Shown in pieces: positions 25,511 to 40,905 of a stretch of 64,000 bases of DNA (its first letter is position 1; each line of letters begins with the position of its first letter). Position numbers and translations under genes: made by a program. The stretch is from Octopus sinensis (Eukaryota): NCBI RefSeq assembly GCF_006345805.1, contig NW_021832232.1:248001-312000 (forward strand), written 5' to 3'. The notes beneath the pieces are model-generated. The model searched no databases, was not told where the DNA came from, and saw nothing but the letters and a program-made list of their open reading frames with translations.

Positions 25511-26558
25511 TTCCATTTTTGTCTATTTCGTAAATCTAAATATCCTTTCTTACTTTTTCATAATTTTCATGAATATTTAATTCATGGAAGATTTAATTAA
25601 ATAAAAAATGAATGTAAATTTTTTTAAATAATTTAATTGTTTACACCAGCGGTTCTCAACCGGGAGTCGCTTCGGGGGTCAAATCAGCCCAGATCGATCG
25701 TAGGGGGTCGAAACCAAATTTTCATAAGAAATCTTTTTCTCATCCAAAAATAATTTGACTATAGTAAAAATAGAAAATCCAGTATTATCAGTTTCCAAAT
25801 ATTTGACGAAAAATAAATCTTCTGTAAGAATAGCATGATCGTCAAAATATCTTAAAAAGTAAGCATTTAACAAGATTAACCTGACATATCTTATTAGAAT
25901 TGATTGGTCTATCTAAATGTTTTCTTCTAAGATGATCCAACAATTTGGACGGTTTCATTGCATCATTTGATAATGATTTATTACACAATAAGCAGTGTGG
26001 TCCATTATCAAAGGAATTTTTTATAAATTTAAATGCCAACGTCTTGTGGTTCACGCTGAGGTTATATTTTCCAATTTTATTTTATAGGTGCGATGGTTAT
26101 CAAAGGGAAATGCATTAGAACGATTTTTAATATTATTTGACACAATGGTGAATTTTCTAACTTCTGAGGGTGACAAAAATTTAGCAGATTTAATTGTATT
26201 GAAAAGAAAGAAATTATTTATTTGACGTGGATTTTTGGAAAATTTAATGAAATTTCATTAGAACTTCAGGGAAAGTATGTGACGTTAATAGATTGTAAAA
26301 GAATTATTCAAATATTTTTCAAAAAATAAAGTTGTATAAATATAACTTGGAAAAAAAATTATTATAATATTCCCTAATTCCAATCAATTTATCAAACATT
26401 TGATGAAGATATTAACAACTTTTTGCAACATTTATTAAGTATAAAAAAGATTTGATTCTTCAATTCCAAGATATTCTTGAATTAGAAATACCATCTTGGA
26501 TGATTAATCCTTTTTTATCGAAGCCAGAAGAAGAAAAAAATATATTAAAGAGGAATTA

Positions 26559-29430
26559 CAGTACGACCCCGGTTTGGGGCAGACCCCATGGGTGGGGCAC
26601 CCTCGGGTTTTGGGGCACCCCCGCTTTTAGGGGCAGTTTTTGAAAACAGTAAATTTTTCATTCTATTATTTATTTTTGATGACCCCGGTTTGGGGCACTT
26701 ATTTAATTTATTTAATTACAAAATGTTAGTTTATTTATTAATTATTAATTAATACTATTATTTCACGTGTTTATTTTGACTTTAGTATGGTTCGTAAAAA
26801 GAATTCAAAGATTAATTATGAAACAAAAATTAAAATCGCTAAAGATATAAAACATGGTCAATTTTCAGAAAGAGATCTTGCTAAAAAGTATAAAACGAGC
26901 AAAGGTATCTTTTTTAACTAATTATTAATTACAGGTACTATTTCTCGCATTAAACAAAATTTTGTTTATTATTTTGACGCGGGATTAACTGAATCCGATA
27001 GAATCAAGGAATCACATGATCCAAATAATGAATTAGATAGATTAGTTTTTGAAACTTTTCTACGTCTGAGAGATGAATTTCTTCCAATTTCTGGAACTAT
27101 CTTAAAACTGATTGCAAAAAAATTATCTAAAAAGATAAATTATGAATCATTTAAGGCAGGCATTCTCAACCTTTTTTTGTTCATCGCCCCCTTAGATATT
27201 TTGTCGCCCCCCTTTGAAATGTTATCGCCCCCTTGTCCACCTACAATTTAAAAATTTTTTGGCATTGTCCCTTAATTGGTTGTTTTTTGTACATAACTCA
27301 AAAATCAAAATATAAAATTATAAATCAAATGTAAAAAATTGAATTTTTATTAAAAATTATTAGTGAGACCCTTGATATTGATGTTTACTCGCTAAATATT
27401 CTATGTCGGGTTTAATTCTGCTCAACTTTAGGCGTATATCGCCTCTATAACACACTTCCAGTCTATTTTTTTCACATTGTGTATTATGATTGACAAAACT
27501 AAATCCACTTTTAACCAAATAAGTGGTAGGGAATGTCAATAGTACATTACTCATTTCCTTCCATAAATTTGGAAATTTCATTTGTAGATCTTTTGATTGC
27601 CAAAATTTAGAGATACCATCCTGTTGAAATCTGTGAATATATTCTTCATTATATTTAAATTCAATTATCTCTTCTTGGATTGTTTCGTTCATATCTTCTG
27701 GCACACATGAAAACGGATCAATCATCCATGCTTCAAATTCCAAATCAAACAAATCTTTGAATCTAAGAGATATATCCGCTTCTAGTTCCGTCAAATGTTG
27801 ACAATATGTCAAAATATTGTTTTGACTAAAATATTTACTTATCTCAGATAGTTGTGAAATGTTTCCAAACTGATTTTAGAAAAATTATGTCGATAAAGCA
27901 ATAATTTTTTTCAAATGTTTTCATTATTCTTTTGCAATCAATCATGTTGACAAAATTTCATTAAATTTTGAGTCTAAATTATTAGGCTTGCCATTAAAAA
28001 TATTCTAATTAAATAATTTTTAATAAATATAAATTTTATTTTTTATTAAATATATTATCGCCCCCTGTACAAAATTATCGCCCCCTTGTACAAAATTTTC
28101 GCCCCTAGGGGGCGATTCGCCCCCGGTTGAGAACACCTGATTTAAGGCATCAAATGGATGGCTAGACCGGTTCAAGAAAAGACACGAGTTGCTATTTAAA
28201 ACTATAAGTGGAGAAAAGAATTCATCTGACCTTTCTACGGTTTCCAATTTTTTTGCTGATTATGACAACTGTTTGGAAACTGTAGGAAGTGAAAATATTT
28301 TTAACTGTGATGAAACAGCTTTATACATAAAGCGAACGCCGTCGAAATCTTTTGTTCAATTTAATGACAAATGCAATGGAATTAAAATGAGCAAAGAGAA
28401 AGTTACCCTTCTCCTTTGTTGTAATGCACTTGGTGAAAAGTTAAAACCTCTATTAATTGGAAAATTCAAATCTCCTAGGTGTTTAAAAAATTTTAACGCT
28501 GAGGATCACGGAGTACTATATGCTGCATCAAAAAATTCGTGGATGACTAGTGATATTTTTGGGAAATGGTTATGGAAAGTAAATCAAGATATGATCAATG
28601 AAAAGAGAAAAATTGTCTTAATACTGGATAATGCGAGCTGTCACAGAAATACAGAATATTCCAATGTTTATTTACTTTTTCTTCCCAAAAATACGACCGC
28701 TTTAATTCAACCCCTAGATATGGGAATAATAAAATCCTTCAAGTCCCTCTATTTCAATAAACTGATTGATTTTACTCTTATATTTGAAAAAGAACAGCTT
28801 TCTGATTTGAATTTGAATAATGTCAATCTTAGACAAGTCATTACAGTTGTCGGGGAGGCATGGAAAATGATGTCAGAGACAACGATAATTAATTGCTGGC
28901 AGAAAATAAATGAAAACAGATCAAAAATTTCGGATAATGTACAGTTGGACGAAGAATTAATAGATGACGTGATTTCAGATGTTATTTCAATGGATTCGAC
29001 AGATATTATTGAGGACAAAATTACTTATGATGGATATGAATCTAAAAAATCATCAATTAAAGAAATCATAAACATCGTGAATTCTCTAGAAGATAATATT
29101 TTCAGTACATGTCCACAATTTTTGAAAATCTACTACGAATTTAGAAAAAAACCTATCAGGAGAACTGAAAAAAAACCAATTCGGTGAGAAAATTACTGAT
29201 TACTTTTAATAGTATTTTTGTTGGATTTATTAAAATTTTTAAATTTTATTAAGAAAGGACTATGTTAGAATTTTTATTAATATTAAATAATTTTAATTTA
29301 TAGTCTAAAATGCAATAAAAATCTATTGAGGAGAAAATAAAAGCAAAAAATCTTTACCCTCGCATTTTGGGGCACCCCCGCTTTTTGGGGCACTATGATA
29401 AAAATGCTGCCCCAAACCGGGGTCGTACTG
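26559..29430 (+). mobile_element. Near full-length pogo/Tigger transposon; its transposase has a 30-nt intron and is split by a hAT element
   Basis: Perfect 24-bp TIR CAGTACGACCCCGGTTTGGGGCAG with TA TSD. ATG 26787, intron 26905-26934. FKASNGWLDRFKKRH is restored after removing 27157-28139. NCDET, LILDNASCH and QPLDMGII motifs are present. Confidence 0.95.
27157..28139 (-). mobile_element. Non-autonomous hAT (Buster) element, 983 bp
   Basis: CAGGCATTCTCAACC / GGTTGAGAACACCTG, 8-bp TSD ATTTAAGG, ATCGCCCCC subterminal repeats, ORF with FPTTYLVKSGFS. Confidence 0.93.
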
Positions 29431-29479
29431 TAATTACTTTAAAATTCAATCCAGAATTAAAACTATTATAAAATTATTC

Positions 29480-31015
29480 CGTCGAATCTACACACCCGCT
29501 GCGCAATGCGTCCTGGAGATTCAAACACTTCTCCTGACATTACCTTATGGTCCCCAAACATTGCACTTGACACCAAATGGACAGTCGTGTACGACCTACC
29601 AACGACCCACAATCCTATTCTAATCAAAATAAATCATCTCCCTGCAAAGAAGAGAATTATAAAGACCTACATTAATTACAAACGTAGGAAATGGGACTCC
29701 TTCAGGAATGACACTGAGCGTATATTTAGTAATTTTTCTTGCTCCTTCTTTCGATCATTTGATGCTGCTGTTGCTTTCTTTACTAATACACTTCATTCTG
29801 CTGACAAAAGATTTATTCCCCGCGGTTTCATCCAAAATCACGGCCTCCCAAATCGACGACATACATAAATGGAAATGCGGAATATCTAGCAGAAATCAAC
29901 AAACAAATCGACGAATTAATCAAAAAACATAAAAATGAAGAATGGAATGATTTTATCACATCTATATCCCCACATACTGGATCCCGTGTTTTCTGGAGAA
30001 CCCTCAGAAAAATTCATAAAAGGCAAGCATGCCCTCTCTCACATGCCACCGGTATTTCGTCTAAAAAATCTGTCCTATTTTTTCGGGATCAAGCCAACAT
30101 CTTAATTTGTCATTATGCAAAAATTAGTCACCTTCCTACCCCAAAGGATCTCCGTTTCATAAGAAAATTTCATTATAATTCCAATGTCGATTCTACACAC
30201 TTTATTAACATCCCAGAATCACTTACCAAGCAGCTTGTTGTTAACTCGCAAAATTCTAACTCCAGAGGTCCGGATGGTCTTGACATCCACTATCTAAAAA
30301 ATCTGGGTCCAAATGGCTTTCTGGCTCTGACTAATTTAATCGAATACTCGATCAACCATGGTTTGGTTCCAATGCTTTGAAAAAAATCTATCATCATCCC
30401 TATTCCAAAACCAAATCGAGATACCTCTGACCCTTCTTCTTTTCGACCTATCTCTTTGATTTCAGTGGTTTCAAAAATAACAGAACGGGTAGTACTGAGC
30501 ATCACAAAACCTTTCCTCCCATTTGCTAAATCTCAACACGGCTTTCGTTCTTTGCATTCCACTTCCACCCATCTTTCAAGACTGACACAATTCATTGCGG
30601 ATGGGTTTAACAATCATAATCCTCCTCAAAGAACAGTTATCGCATTCAGTTATCCCAGAAGAGAATTCACGACTTGGTAGATACGAAGGCAATCAGATGT
30701 CTTGGAATAAACAAGCTTCTGGGATGCATTCCGCCACCAATAAACAACAACGAATCCTCTCTCTCAAGAGAACCCCGAGTGAACTTGGCCCGTCTCCGCT
30801 GTGGCCATCATATTGGGCTACGCAATTATCGTCGAAGAATAGGCCTTGCTGAATCCACGCATTCCCACTCTCTCGATGACCTTTTCTCGTGTCGAGGCCC
30901 ACCTTCTGCTTCCTCAAAACACCGGATCGCGATCGGGGATCTTTGGGAGCGTCCGACATTGACAAGTTCGTTCTTGTTAGCCACCGGTTTCCTTCAATTG
31001 AAGAGGCCGGGGTAA
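29480..31015 (+). mobile_element. Internally deleted APE-RT non-LTR retrotransposon (I/Jockey-like)
   Basis: SPDITL...HNPILI, GPDGL, SSFRPISLISVVSKITER, QHGFR, and C-terminal LARLRCGH...HSLDDLFSC. Confidence 0.8.
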
Positions 31016-31089
31016 ATAAATAAATATTCCGTCGAACAAAAAACCGAAAAAACAAGGAAAGATCGTTAAAATTGAGATTAAACATTTGA

Positions 31090-33125
<2,036 letters not shown>

Positions 33126-33129
33126 GTGC

Positions 33130-34505
33130 TGATCTGATTGGAAAGAGCATGTGCTATGCTCAAAAACAATAAAAACCCAGGACCAGACGGACTAGGACCA
33201 GAGCTACTCAAGTATGGAAGTGAAAACCTAAATGTCTCATTGCGGACCTCTTCAACGGAATGTTTAAAACAAACAACCATTTACCCCATGGGCGAGGGAT
33301 ACTGGTCTCTGTCCAAAAACCGAACAAAGCTAAAGGAAAAGTGGAGAATCTGAGGCCAGTAATTCTTATGAATATCATACGGAAAGTTCTTGTAATCATT
33401 ACGCTAGAAAGAATAAAACCTCGCACCGAACTATTTATATCCGCTTTTAAACAGCGGATTTCGGGAAGGAAGATCGACTTCTGACATCGTGTGGACCCAT
33501 AGATGGTTCAAAAATGCGACATACATTCTTGGCATTGATATGTCAAGAGCTTTTGACTCGATTAATCGTCAGAAATTAATGAAAGTCCTCGCAGGATTCC
33601 TTAATGAATCTTCTATCCGGATGATCAGGGCACTTTTATCAGAAACCTATCTATCGGTCAGGGTACGAGACAAGTGCTCTAAACCATTTGAAACAACATC
33701 TGGAACACCTCAAGGGGACCCGTTATCTCCTATACTGTTTGTCATATATCTGGAAGCTGCATTGAAAGAACTAAAATCATACTATGAAGGAAAGATCAAT
33801 TTGGTGGCATACGCGGATGACGTGGATTTTATTTCTTCCGACAGGGATGCTCTGGAAAACCTACTGGAGGTGATGCCAAATAGACTTGCTGAGTGGTTTC
33901 TTAATGTAAATGTGGAGAAAACAAAATTTACTGAACTAGCAAGACAGAAGTCTAAGCTGAACGAACATTGGAGAAAAGTAAAGAAACTCGGATCTCTATT
34001 GGGAGACGAACAAGACGTGATTATGCAAAAACACATGCAAACAGTGCACTACGCAGCTTAAAGGAAAATTGGTTAAAACGCAAAGAACTCAGCACAAAAA
34101 GACGGATACGACCATAAAATTCACTAGTGAAGCCTATACTCCTATATAACGCCGGAACTTGGGGACTTTCCGCTACAGACAATGACAACCTAGACTCTTT
34201 CCATAGAGATCACCTCCGACGTACTCTAGCCTTCAAGTGGCATTCAAGGCTGAGTAGCAAAACAGTTAATGCCAGAACATCAAGCAAACCAATCACGCTC
34301 GAAATTACCGAATGCAGATGAAGGCTGTTTGGACACATTCTAAAAATGGATTTAATTGCACCGACAAACGCCGCTATGGAGGACTATTTCGAAGCTGAGG
34401 GCCATCGTTTCCGTGGGCGACCAAGAAATACTCTCCCGGGTACGCTGAATAGAGACCTAAAGAGGGCTGGTAAAGAATTGAAGGACGGGGACGATCTCGA
34501 TGCAC
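33130..34505 (+). mobile_element. RTE-like reverse transcriptase region
   Basis: KNPGPDGL, NLRPVIL, IDMSRAFDSINR, TPQGDPLSPILF, YADD, PILLYNAGTW, RGRPR. Confidence 0.88.
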
Positions 34506-35170
34506 TACGGGACGTGCCTGGCGAATCGCCAAACTGTTCCCTGGATAACGGCGATCGAAAACCGCTGAAAAAGCCAGTTCACCTCCCAAGGATCGTGAGT
34601 GCGTATTGAGATTTTGGCCCCGAGCTTGCGAAGGAACTTTTCAGTCTTTGGACCAAGAGCACCCGACGTCTCCACCACTATCGGCATCACGAAAAACTCG
34701 TCCGAAAGGGCAGAATATTTTAATAGCTTTAAATCTTAGCCTTCTTAGCAGCAGATTTAGCCTCCAGACCACACGGAATTAGATGTGAGACAGAAAAAGT
34801 ATCCCACCAGGTTGCATCCCATACGAGGTCTTTTCCGCCCTCAAAAGGGAAAAGGTTCATCCCGTCAGGACGGTTCGAGGACCGAAGGAAATCCCGCCGA
34901 GTCGAGAGCCCTCTGTATGATATCATTCATAGCAGAGTGCCTCGGAAAACGTCCGGCACTCCTCCTGCACGATAAAGGATGCAGACCGAAAGAGTCAACA
35001 GTGCAGCCACAGCGACACACGTTCGGGACGCATTGCCTTAGTCCGAGGCGCAAAGAGATTCCGATCCTTACCGATTCATCGTAGAGGAGAGTGCCAGATT
35101 GGTCGTTCGGGAATGCACAAAGCCAAGCTCCACTAGCCGGGAATGCTGCCGAAAGAAGGCAAGCCCATTC
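34505..35170 (-). mobile_element. CRE-like 3' fragment (second subfamily)
   Basis: CRCGCTVDSFGLHPLSCRRSAGRFPRH, RPDGMNLFPFEGGKDLVWD, QRFSIAVIQG. Confidence 0.88.
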
Positions 35171-35189
35171 AGTCTAATCTACTACCACC

Positions 35190-35530
35190 AACAAAATTGT
35201 GGAAATCCGAGTTGACAAAAACCTTCAATGCTATCCCGAATAATAAGTTTGACAAGGTGAGGATAAGTTCACAGAAGTGTCTCAAAAAGTCGAAATAGAA
35301 AAGTTCCACAAATATGACCTGCGGCAAATAAACTAGAGGCGATTCACCGAGCGAAAGTGAAAATCATAAATGTCGTTATGACCTGAGACGGAATAGTATC
35401 AAAATTTTTCAAAAAAATTGGAGGCGCTCTAAGTGGAAGACAAGGTGAATGCATATATCAAGACACTGTTGTTGCGAAAAATCATAGATAGAATGCAAGA
35501 CAAGGCGAGACACTGGTTATCGATATGCGT
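35190..35530 (+). mobile_element. RLE-type (R4/NeSL-like) non-LTR C-terminal fragment
   Basis: VEIRVD...KVEIEKFHKYDL...KVKIINVVMT*DGIVSK...KVNAYIKTLLLRK; same family as 42780 and 43320. Confidence 0.65.
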
Positions 35531-35814
35531 TGAGAGAATGGTCACTGAATCTAGATAGCGCGTCGACATGGATCTGCCTATCCATGCTATGAATGTAGGA
35601 CCTAAGAGAATGAGGTTAACGTAAAGAAATACATCAAATTACCAAATACCAAATTATTTTTATGTTTATTGTAATCGCATCCGATCGAATTCTTTTTTTT
35701 TTAAAACTATTTTTTCGTTACAAAATTAAATGTAAGATAAAAGTAAAAGAAAATTCCTAACCTCTCAATATTTAAAAAGAGACTTAAGGCGGAAAATAAT
35801 TTTTGAAATAAAAA

Positions 35815-35886
35815 AGGCTCCATTGGGGATCGAACCCAAGACCTTCTGTTTACTAGACAGACGCTCTACCACTGAGCCATGGAGCC
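35815..35886 (-). tRNA. tRNA-Thr (AGT)
   Basis: GGCTCCATGGCTCAGTGGTAGAGCG-TCTGT-CT-AGT-AA-ACAGA-AGGTCTTGGGTTCGATCCCCAATGGAGCCT; 72 nt, folds as a cloverleaf, followed by an oligo-T terminator. Confidence 0.95.
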
Positions 35887-36239
35887 TACAAATGAGGTTA
35901 GTTCTATCGAAACTAATAACTGTGAGAAAAGAAATTATTGATTAAAATCTATTAAATCAACTGATTTAAACATTGAATATTAATGATGAGATGGATGTCA
36001 ACGAATATGTTTCCGTGGACCGTTATGCTAAAACATACTGTCATATTGAAGAAGACCAGATATTGTCTACACTTCGAAGAATTAATGACAGTAATGAAGA
36101 AGACATAAAAGAAGACTTTACTAAAGAAACCTTCTGAAAATGAAATGGCTAATGCGTTCGAAGTTATACTGCGCGGGATCGAGTTTACTTTAGGGAGTTC
36201 AACAGGGCAATCCACTAGGTCCCCTTCTCTTTGCCTTGG

Positions 36240-37470
36240 AATTATAGCTCGGTTGGTTTCTTCCGAAATGAATATTTGGTATCTGGACGATGCCACTATT
36301 GGCGGCTCCCCAGAGACGATTTTCAAAGACGCTTTATCGTTAGCACCTGCGCTTCTGAGGATTGGAATGGAGATTAACCCCACCAAATCCGAATTAGTCA
36401 GTCTCAACCTTCCTGATAAACGCCTTGACGACCTATCATCGTCCCTCCGCACTGGTCTTGGCCAAGTGCGCACGACTGATGTAAATGATCTCCGGATCCT
36501 CGGATCCCCCATCTTGCCGACCGCTATTAAGAGTGATCTTCTTACTAAACATTCGACGCTAACTGGTTTGCTGGACCGCCTCACGTTTTTGGACAACCAC
36601 GTCGGAGAAGGAGAACTCCTCACTTACGGAGAAGTTCCAATTCCTTCTATTCGCGGTTGAGACTTCCGGTTCCTTGGACAGTAAGCAATCAGCTTTGTTC
36701 AGGAGATCGGGTCCCGCATGTCTGCTCTCACAGGCGACGCCCGCGAATCAAGATGGTTTTTCGAGCGGATATCCCTTGCGATAGTACGCTCTAATTCAGC
36801 GGTTCTCAACCGTGGTCCCCGGGGACCACTAGTGGTCCCCAGAAAATTTTTAGTGGTCCCCAGGAATTTTCGAAAAATAAAAATATATTAAAGTTAAAAC
36901 TAATTTTACAATTAAGTATAAATCAAAAACATTGAAATTAATCAAGCGGTTCTCAATCGTGGTCCCCAGAAAATTTTTAGTGGTCCCCAGGAATTTTCGA
37001 AAAATAACAATATAAAGAATTCCCCATTTTTAGTAAAACTGCATTGGAATCAATACTTGTATTCCCCACTACTTATCACTGTGAAATGGCGATGTCGTGT
37101 CTGACTTTTCTAAAAACAAAATATAGAAATAGACTACGGGTACAAGATGATATGCGAGTAGCTTTGTCGAACATAGAGCCTGATATAAGTAAAATTATTC
37201 TGAGCAAACAAGATCAGAAATCTCACTAAATTACTATTAAATTTTCTGTTATTTTCATAATGTTCATGTTATTTTTATAATAAATATTCGAACATGTCTA
37301 AACCTGGCCCTGACGAGGCCAAAAATTGTGCGCTAATACCAAAAAATGTTTATTTTATTTAAGGTGGTCCCCACAAAATTTTATAGTGCAAAAGTGGTCC
37401 CCAGTCTAAAAAAGGTTGAGAACCGCTGCTCTAATTTTTTCTCTATTGCGTCGGCTTCCCGTCCATGAAG
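36240..37470 (+). mobile_element. Deleted CRE-like element (third subfamily) split by a hAT MITE
   Basis: MNIWYLDDATIGG...LRILGSPI, then PIAVETSG...WFFERISLAIVRSN|FFSIASASRP. Confidence 0.85.
36797..37428 (+). mobile_element. Non-autonomous hAT (Buster) element, 632 bp
   Basis: TIR CAGCGGTTCTCAACC, TSD CTCTAATT, GTGGTCCCC repeats, internal duplication of the left end, FPTTYHCEMAMS...KTKYRNRL. Confidence 0.93.
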
Positions 37471-37539
37471 CTTTCGAACACTTGACCGAATTCTTTTTTC
37501 TTAATAAACAAAAAAAACTATTATGGAGTTTTAATAAAA

Positions 37540-38560
37540 TGTCACGCGCCATAAATGAAACGTGAAGTGAAACGTTGTGACCTTGAATTTAATCTCCAAT
37601 TAAGCTCTTGACAATTATCAATCCTCTGGAGACGCGATGGCTCCTCCAGAACGTGTCACAAGCAATAGTGAGGGGAAACAGGACCGCCATCAGTTCTTCT
37701 TCTTTACATACAACTGTACAAAAATCTCTATAATCATTGATGAATGTCATGAATATGAATCATTGATGAATGTCATGATCTTATGAATGTCATAGATATT
37801 TATTCAAAATTTTGCTTTGCTAAAAATAGAAAATAAAGAAACAGTTACAGTTTCGATCAGACTCTTTCAAAGGATCTCATTGGCCATCATGCGCGGGAAT
37901 TGCCAGTCGATCCGCTGCGCATTTTAACCCTTTTCACTTTCTCTATTTAAAAATTGTTCCGGAATCATTGAAAATGAATCATTGAAACTATATTTCTTTC
38001 CTATGGTCCACCAAAAATTTTTCAGTCTGACAACGGAACAGAATTTGTTAATTCAAAAATAACATGATTATGTGAAGAATTAAAAATAATTCATAAAAGG
38101 GGACGTCCAAGACATCCAAAATTACAGGGACAAGTGGAGCGTTGCAATCAAACAATTTGCAGATGGATTCAAAAAGAACTCACCGACAAACAGAAAAAAT
38201 AAGTGGATATTTTAGAAAAAATTGTATATCAGTAAAATATTTCAATTCATTCTTATATAAATATGTCACCGTTTATGGCTTTTTTCCGAACAAGAGGATA
38301 CAACATTTCTTATTTTAATGATGATGAATTAATTGAAGAACATGAAAATCAAAATATCATAAATGACAAATATCTTGAAAGAATGGAAAGAAATTCTTCA
38401 AAAACATTGAAAGAAATTGCAATTGGAAATAATGTTTTGCTGAAAAAAGATTTTGATACAAATCAATGGACGAAGAAGCAAAAATTAGAATATTTTTATC
38501 ATCGACAAATCTTTACTGTTGTTAACTCTTGGTCCAGATTCAGAAAACTTTTTAATATAT
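37540..38560 (+). mobile_element. Ginger2/KRBA2-like integrase transposon remnant
   Basis: TGTCACGCG terminus; GPPKIFQSDNGTEF...GRPRHPKLQGQVERCNQT rve core. Confidence 0.82.
37858..37955 (+). mobile_element. Short CRE-like 3' tail inserted in the Ginger integrase
   Basis: LFQRISLAIMRGNCQSIRCAF*; absent from the paralogous Ginger copy near 14620. Confidence 0.75.
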
Positions 38561-38564
38561 GATA

Positions 38565-40140
38565 GTCATAGAAGAAACGATAGAATTTTAATATTTAGTA
38601 CCAATACTAATTTAACGTTATTGGCAAATTCCAAAACATGGTATATGGATGGAAATTTCTCTTTGACACCATGAATATTCAAGCAAATATATTTTATCAG
38701 AATTGAGTTCAATTCCAGTCCAATTACAGCTATTTATGGAATATTATCTTCTAAATCAAGAAAAATTTACGAAGAATTTTTTGAGACTATTCAAAATGCA
38801 ATTCATAATTTGAATTTGGAATTTTGTCTTAAAACTATTATGGCAGACTTTGAAGATTCGGTATTTCGAGACTTGCAGTATTTGGGAGACGAATACTAGA
38901 GGATGTTATTATGTCGCGAGCGCTGCGAGCGACCCGCAGCGAGCGATCACTCAATTTCTAGATGCGATCAATCAACAAATTCATAAATTGACAAACCGGA
39001 GCTGGTATTTGGGTTTAAATATATTCGATTACAAATTAAAATCGATGCCAAAGCAGAATGTGCTTTAAAACCGATTTCATAAATAAAAATAATATTTAAG
39101 ATTATATTGATATTTTAAATAATGAGAAAAAATCTAAATGCTTCATAATTTATTAAAATGTCAAAACAAGAATCTTCTAAGGAGCAAGCCTGTCTGCACA
39201 GTTCATTTGTGATTAGAAGACTAATTTTAGAGATTGAAACGAGAATAGCAATGAGATCTGTCAAATTATTACCCCCCTCACAACCTAAACCAAATTAGCG
39301 TTCAGTATTCATTGATTTTACTTTTATATTAGGTCTACTAATATATTATTTTATGGGATTCAATGGAAAACTTAAGTTATTTCAATTTTAATTTTAAATC
39401 ATGTTAAAATTTTAAATAATTTAATAAATATATTGTTGATGACAGGCTTGTTAGGCGTCAAAATCGCTCTCAGCGCTCGATCGCTCGCAGCGCTCGCGAC
39501 ATATTATCATCTAAGGCAGTCAACTTGAGAAAAATTCAAGAATTGCATTTAGTAAAAGAATATAAAGAAAATATTAACTTCAACATTTTTTGCGCTATGA
39601 TCGAGGCTCTTGCGTTTTTGCACATTCAAGATATGGAAGAAGGAATAGAATTCCTAATAAATATTATACCAAAAATGTTCCAGATTCAAAATATATAGTA
39701 GATTATTTTGATCGAACATATGTTCGTGGATATTATCGTTGCTTCAATAAACAAGAAAACCCTATAGCTGTTAGAATACAGCACATTTCTCCATTGTTCC
39801 CTCCAATTTTATGAAATGTGTATGAAGCCACGCTCAATAATGACCAAAGAACAAACAACTATTGTGAAGGATGAAACAATAAATTATACAATTTGACGGG
39901 CTATCGTCATCCATCGATATGGAATATTATATCGTCTTTTCAAAAAGAAGAAAAAATGACGAAAAATATTATTGACCAGAATTCCATAAGAAAAAAAATT
40001 ACGAAAAGAAAAAACAAAAGTACTATCAATCGACAAAAAAGCTGTTAAATATATGTCTGGATAGCCAGGACAGAAAAAACAGTAGGAGAAACCTTAAAAG
40101 CAATTGCATGGAATATTAAATATTCTTTTGATTCAAATTA
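38565..40140 (+). pseudogene. MULE/Mutator transposase remnant
   Basis: WYMDGNFS, IMADFE, GCYY|HLRQS, YFDRTYV, RTNNYCEG*NN, HPSIW motifs. Confidence 0.88.
38912..39501. mobile_element. 590-bp MITE with TGT..ACA ends (Ginger-type)
   Basis: Perfect 21-bp TIR TGTCGCGAGCGCTGCGAGCGA and 5-bp TSD TATTA; excision restores the MULE GCYYHL motif. Confidence 0.88.
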
Positions 40141-40784
40141 AATAATCCTTTCATTCACGTTTAATAAAAATCTTTTTTAAATATTTTTGTAAAATTTATG
40201 TGATTTATTTTCAGGAAGAAATGAAACAGAATAGATAAAATATTTGGTTTTTTTTCGCCGCAATATAGAGAGGTTTAAATGTATATTATGATGATTCACA
40301 AGCGTCAGTAATTTTTTGGCAAAATATCAAAGTGAAAGAGACTTATTCAAAATTGTGGAACCAAATAGCACAATTGCTACATAAAATTGTAAATTAAGAA
40401 CGAAACAGATTGGATGTGTCTATTAAAGGAGATATTCGTTTAAAAAAACACAAATAGAGCCAGATATCGAATCTTTGGTCAAAAAACATCAGTCCCATTT
40501 GTATTTAATTGTTATTTATTATAGATTTATGCTAAAATACTAACTTAACATTGAGTTTCGCGTCGGCTTTCTGCCCATGAAGCTTTTATTAATTAACTTG
40601 TAGTTATTTACTTTGTTGTTTGATTAAAAAGTTTAATTTCAAAAAAAAACATTGAGTTTTCTCATTGAGTTTTGTTTGATTTGATTATTAATAATGAATT
40701 CATTTTAGATTGTTAGTTAACTAATTAAAAAATTTTTTAAGGGGGTCGACAAATAAAACAAAATGAGAACCCCTGGTTTACACG

Positions 40785-40905
40785 AAAAACGTATCCGAAA
40801 AACCGAAGTATTTTGTCAGTTTTGTATCTTCAGCCTTCTTTGCGGCGGATTTAGCCTTCTGAGCACACGAAGTTGGGTGTGAGGCGGAAAATGTATCCCA
40901 GTAGA
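40785..40905 (-). mobile_element. CRE-like fragment
   Basis: WDTFSASH..CAQKAKSAAKKAEDTKLTKYFGFSDTFF; similar to 34690-34810. Confidence 0.7.

Noticed and set aside
35328-35365. Helitron 3' end on the minus strand (hairpin and CTAG)
   Set aside because: It lies within the reading frame of the RLE retroelement fragment, so it is probably coincidental.
37285-37330. Hammerhead ribozyme (CTGACGAGGCC core)
   Set aside because: No closing stem II and no GAAA core segment could be placed.
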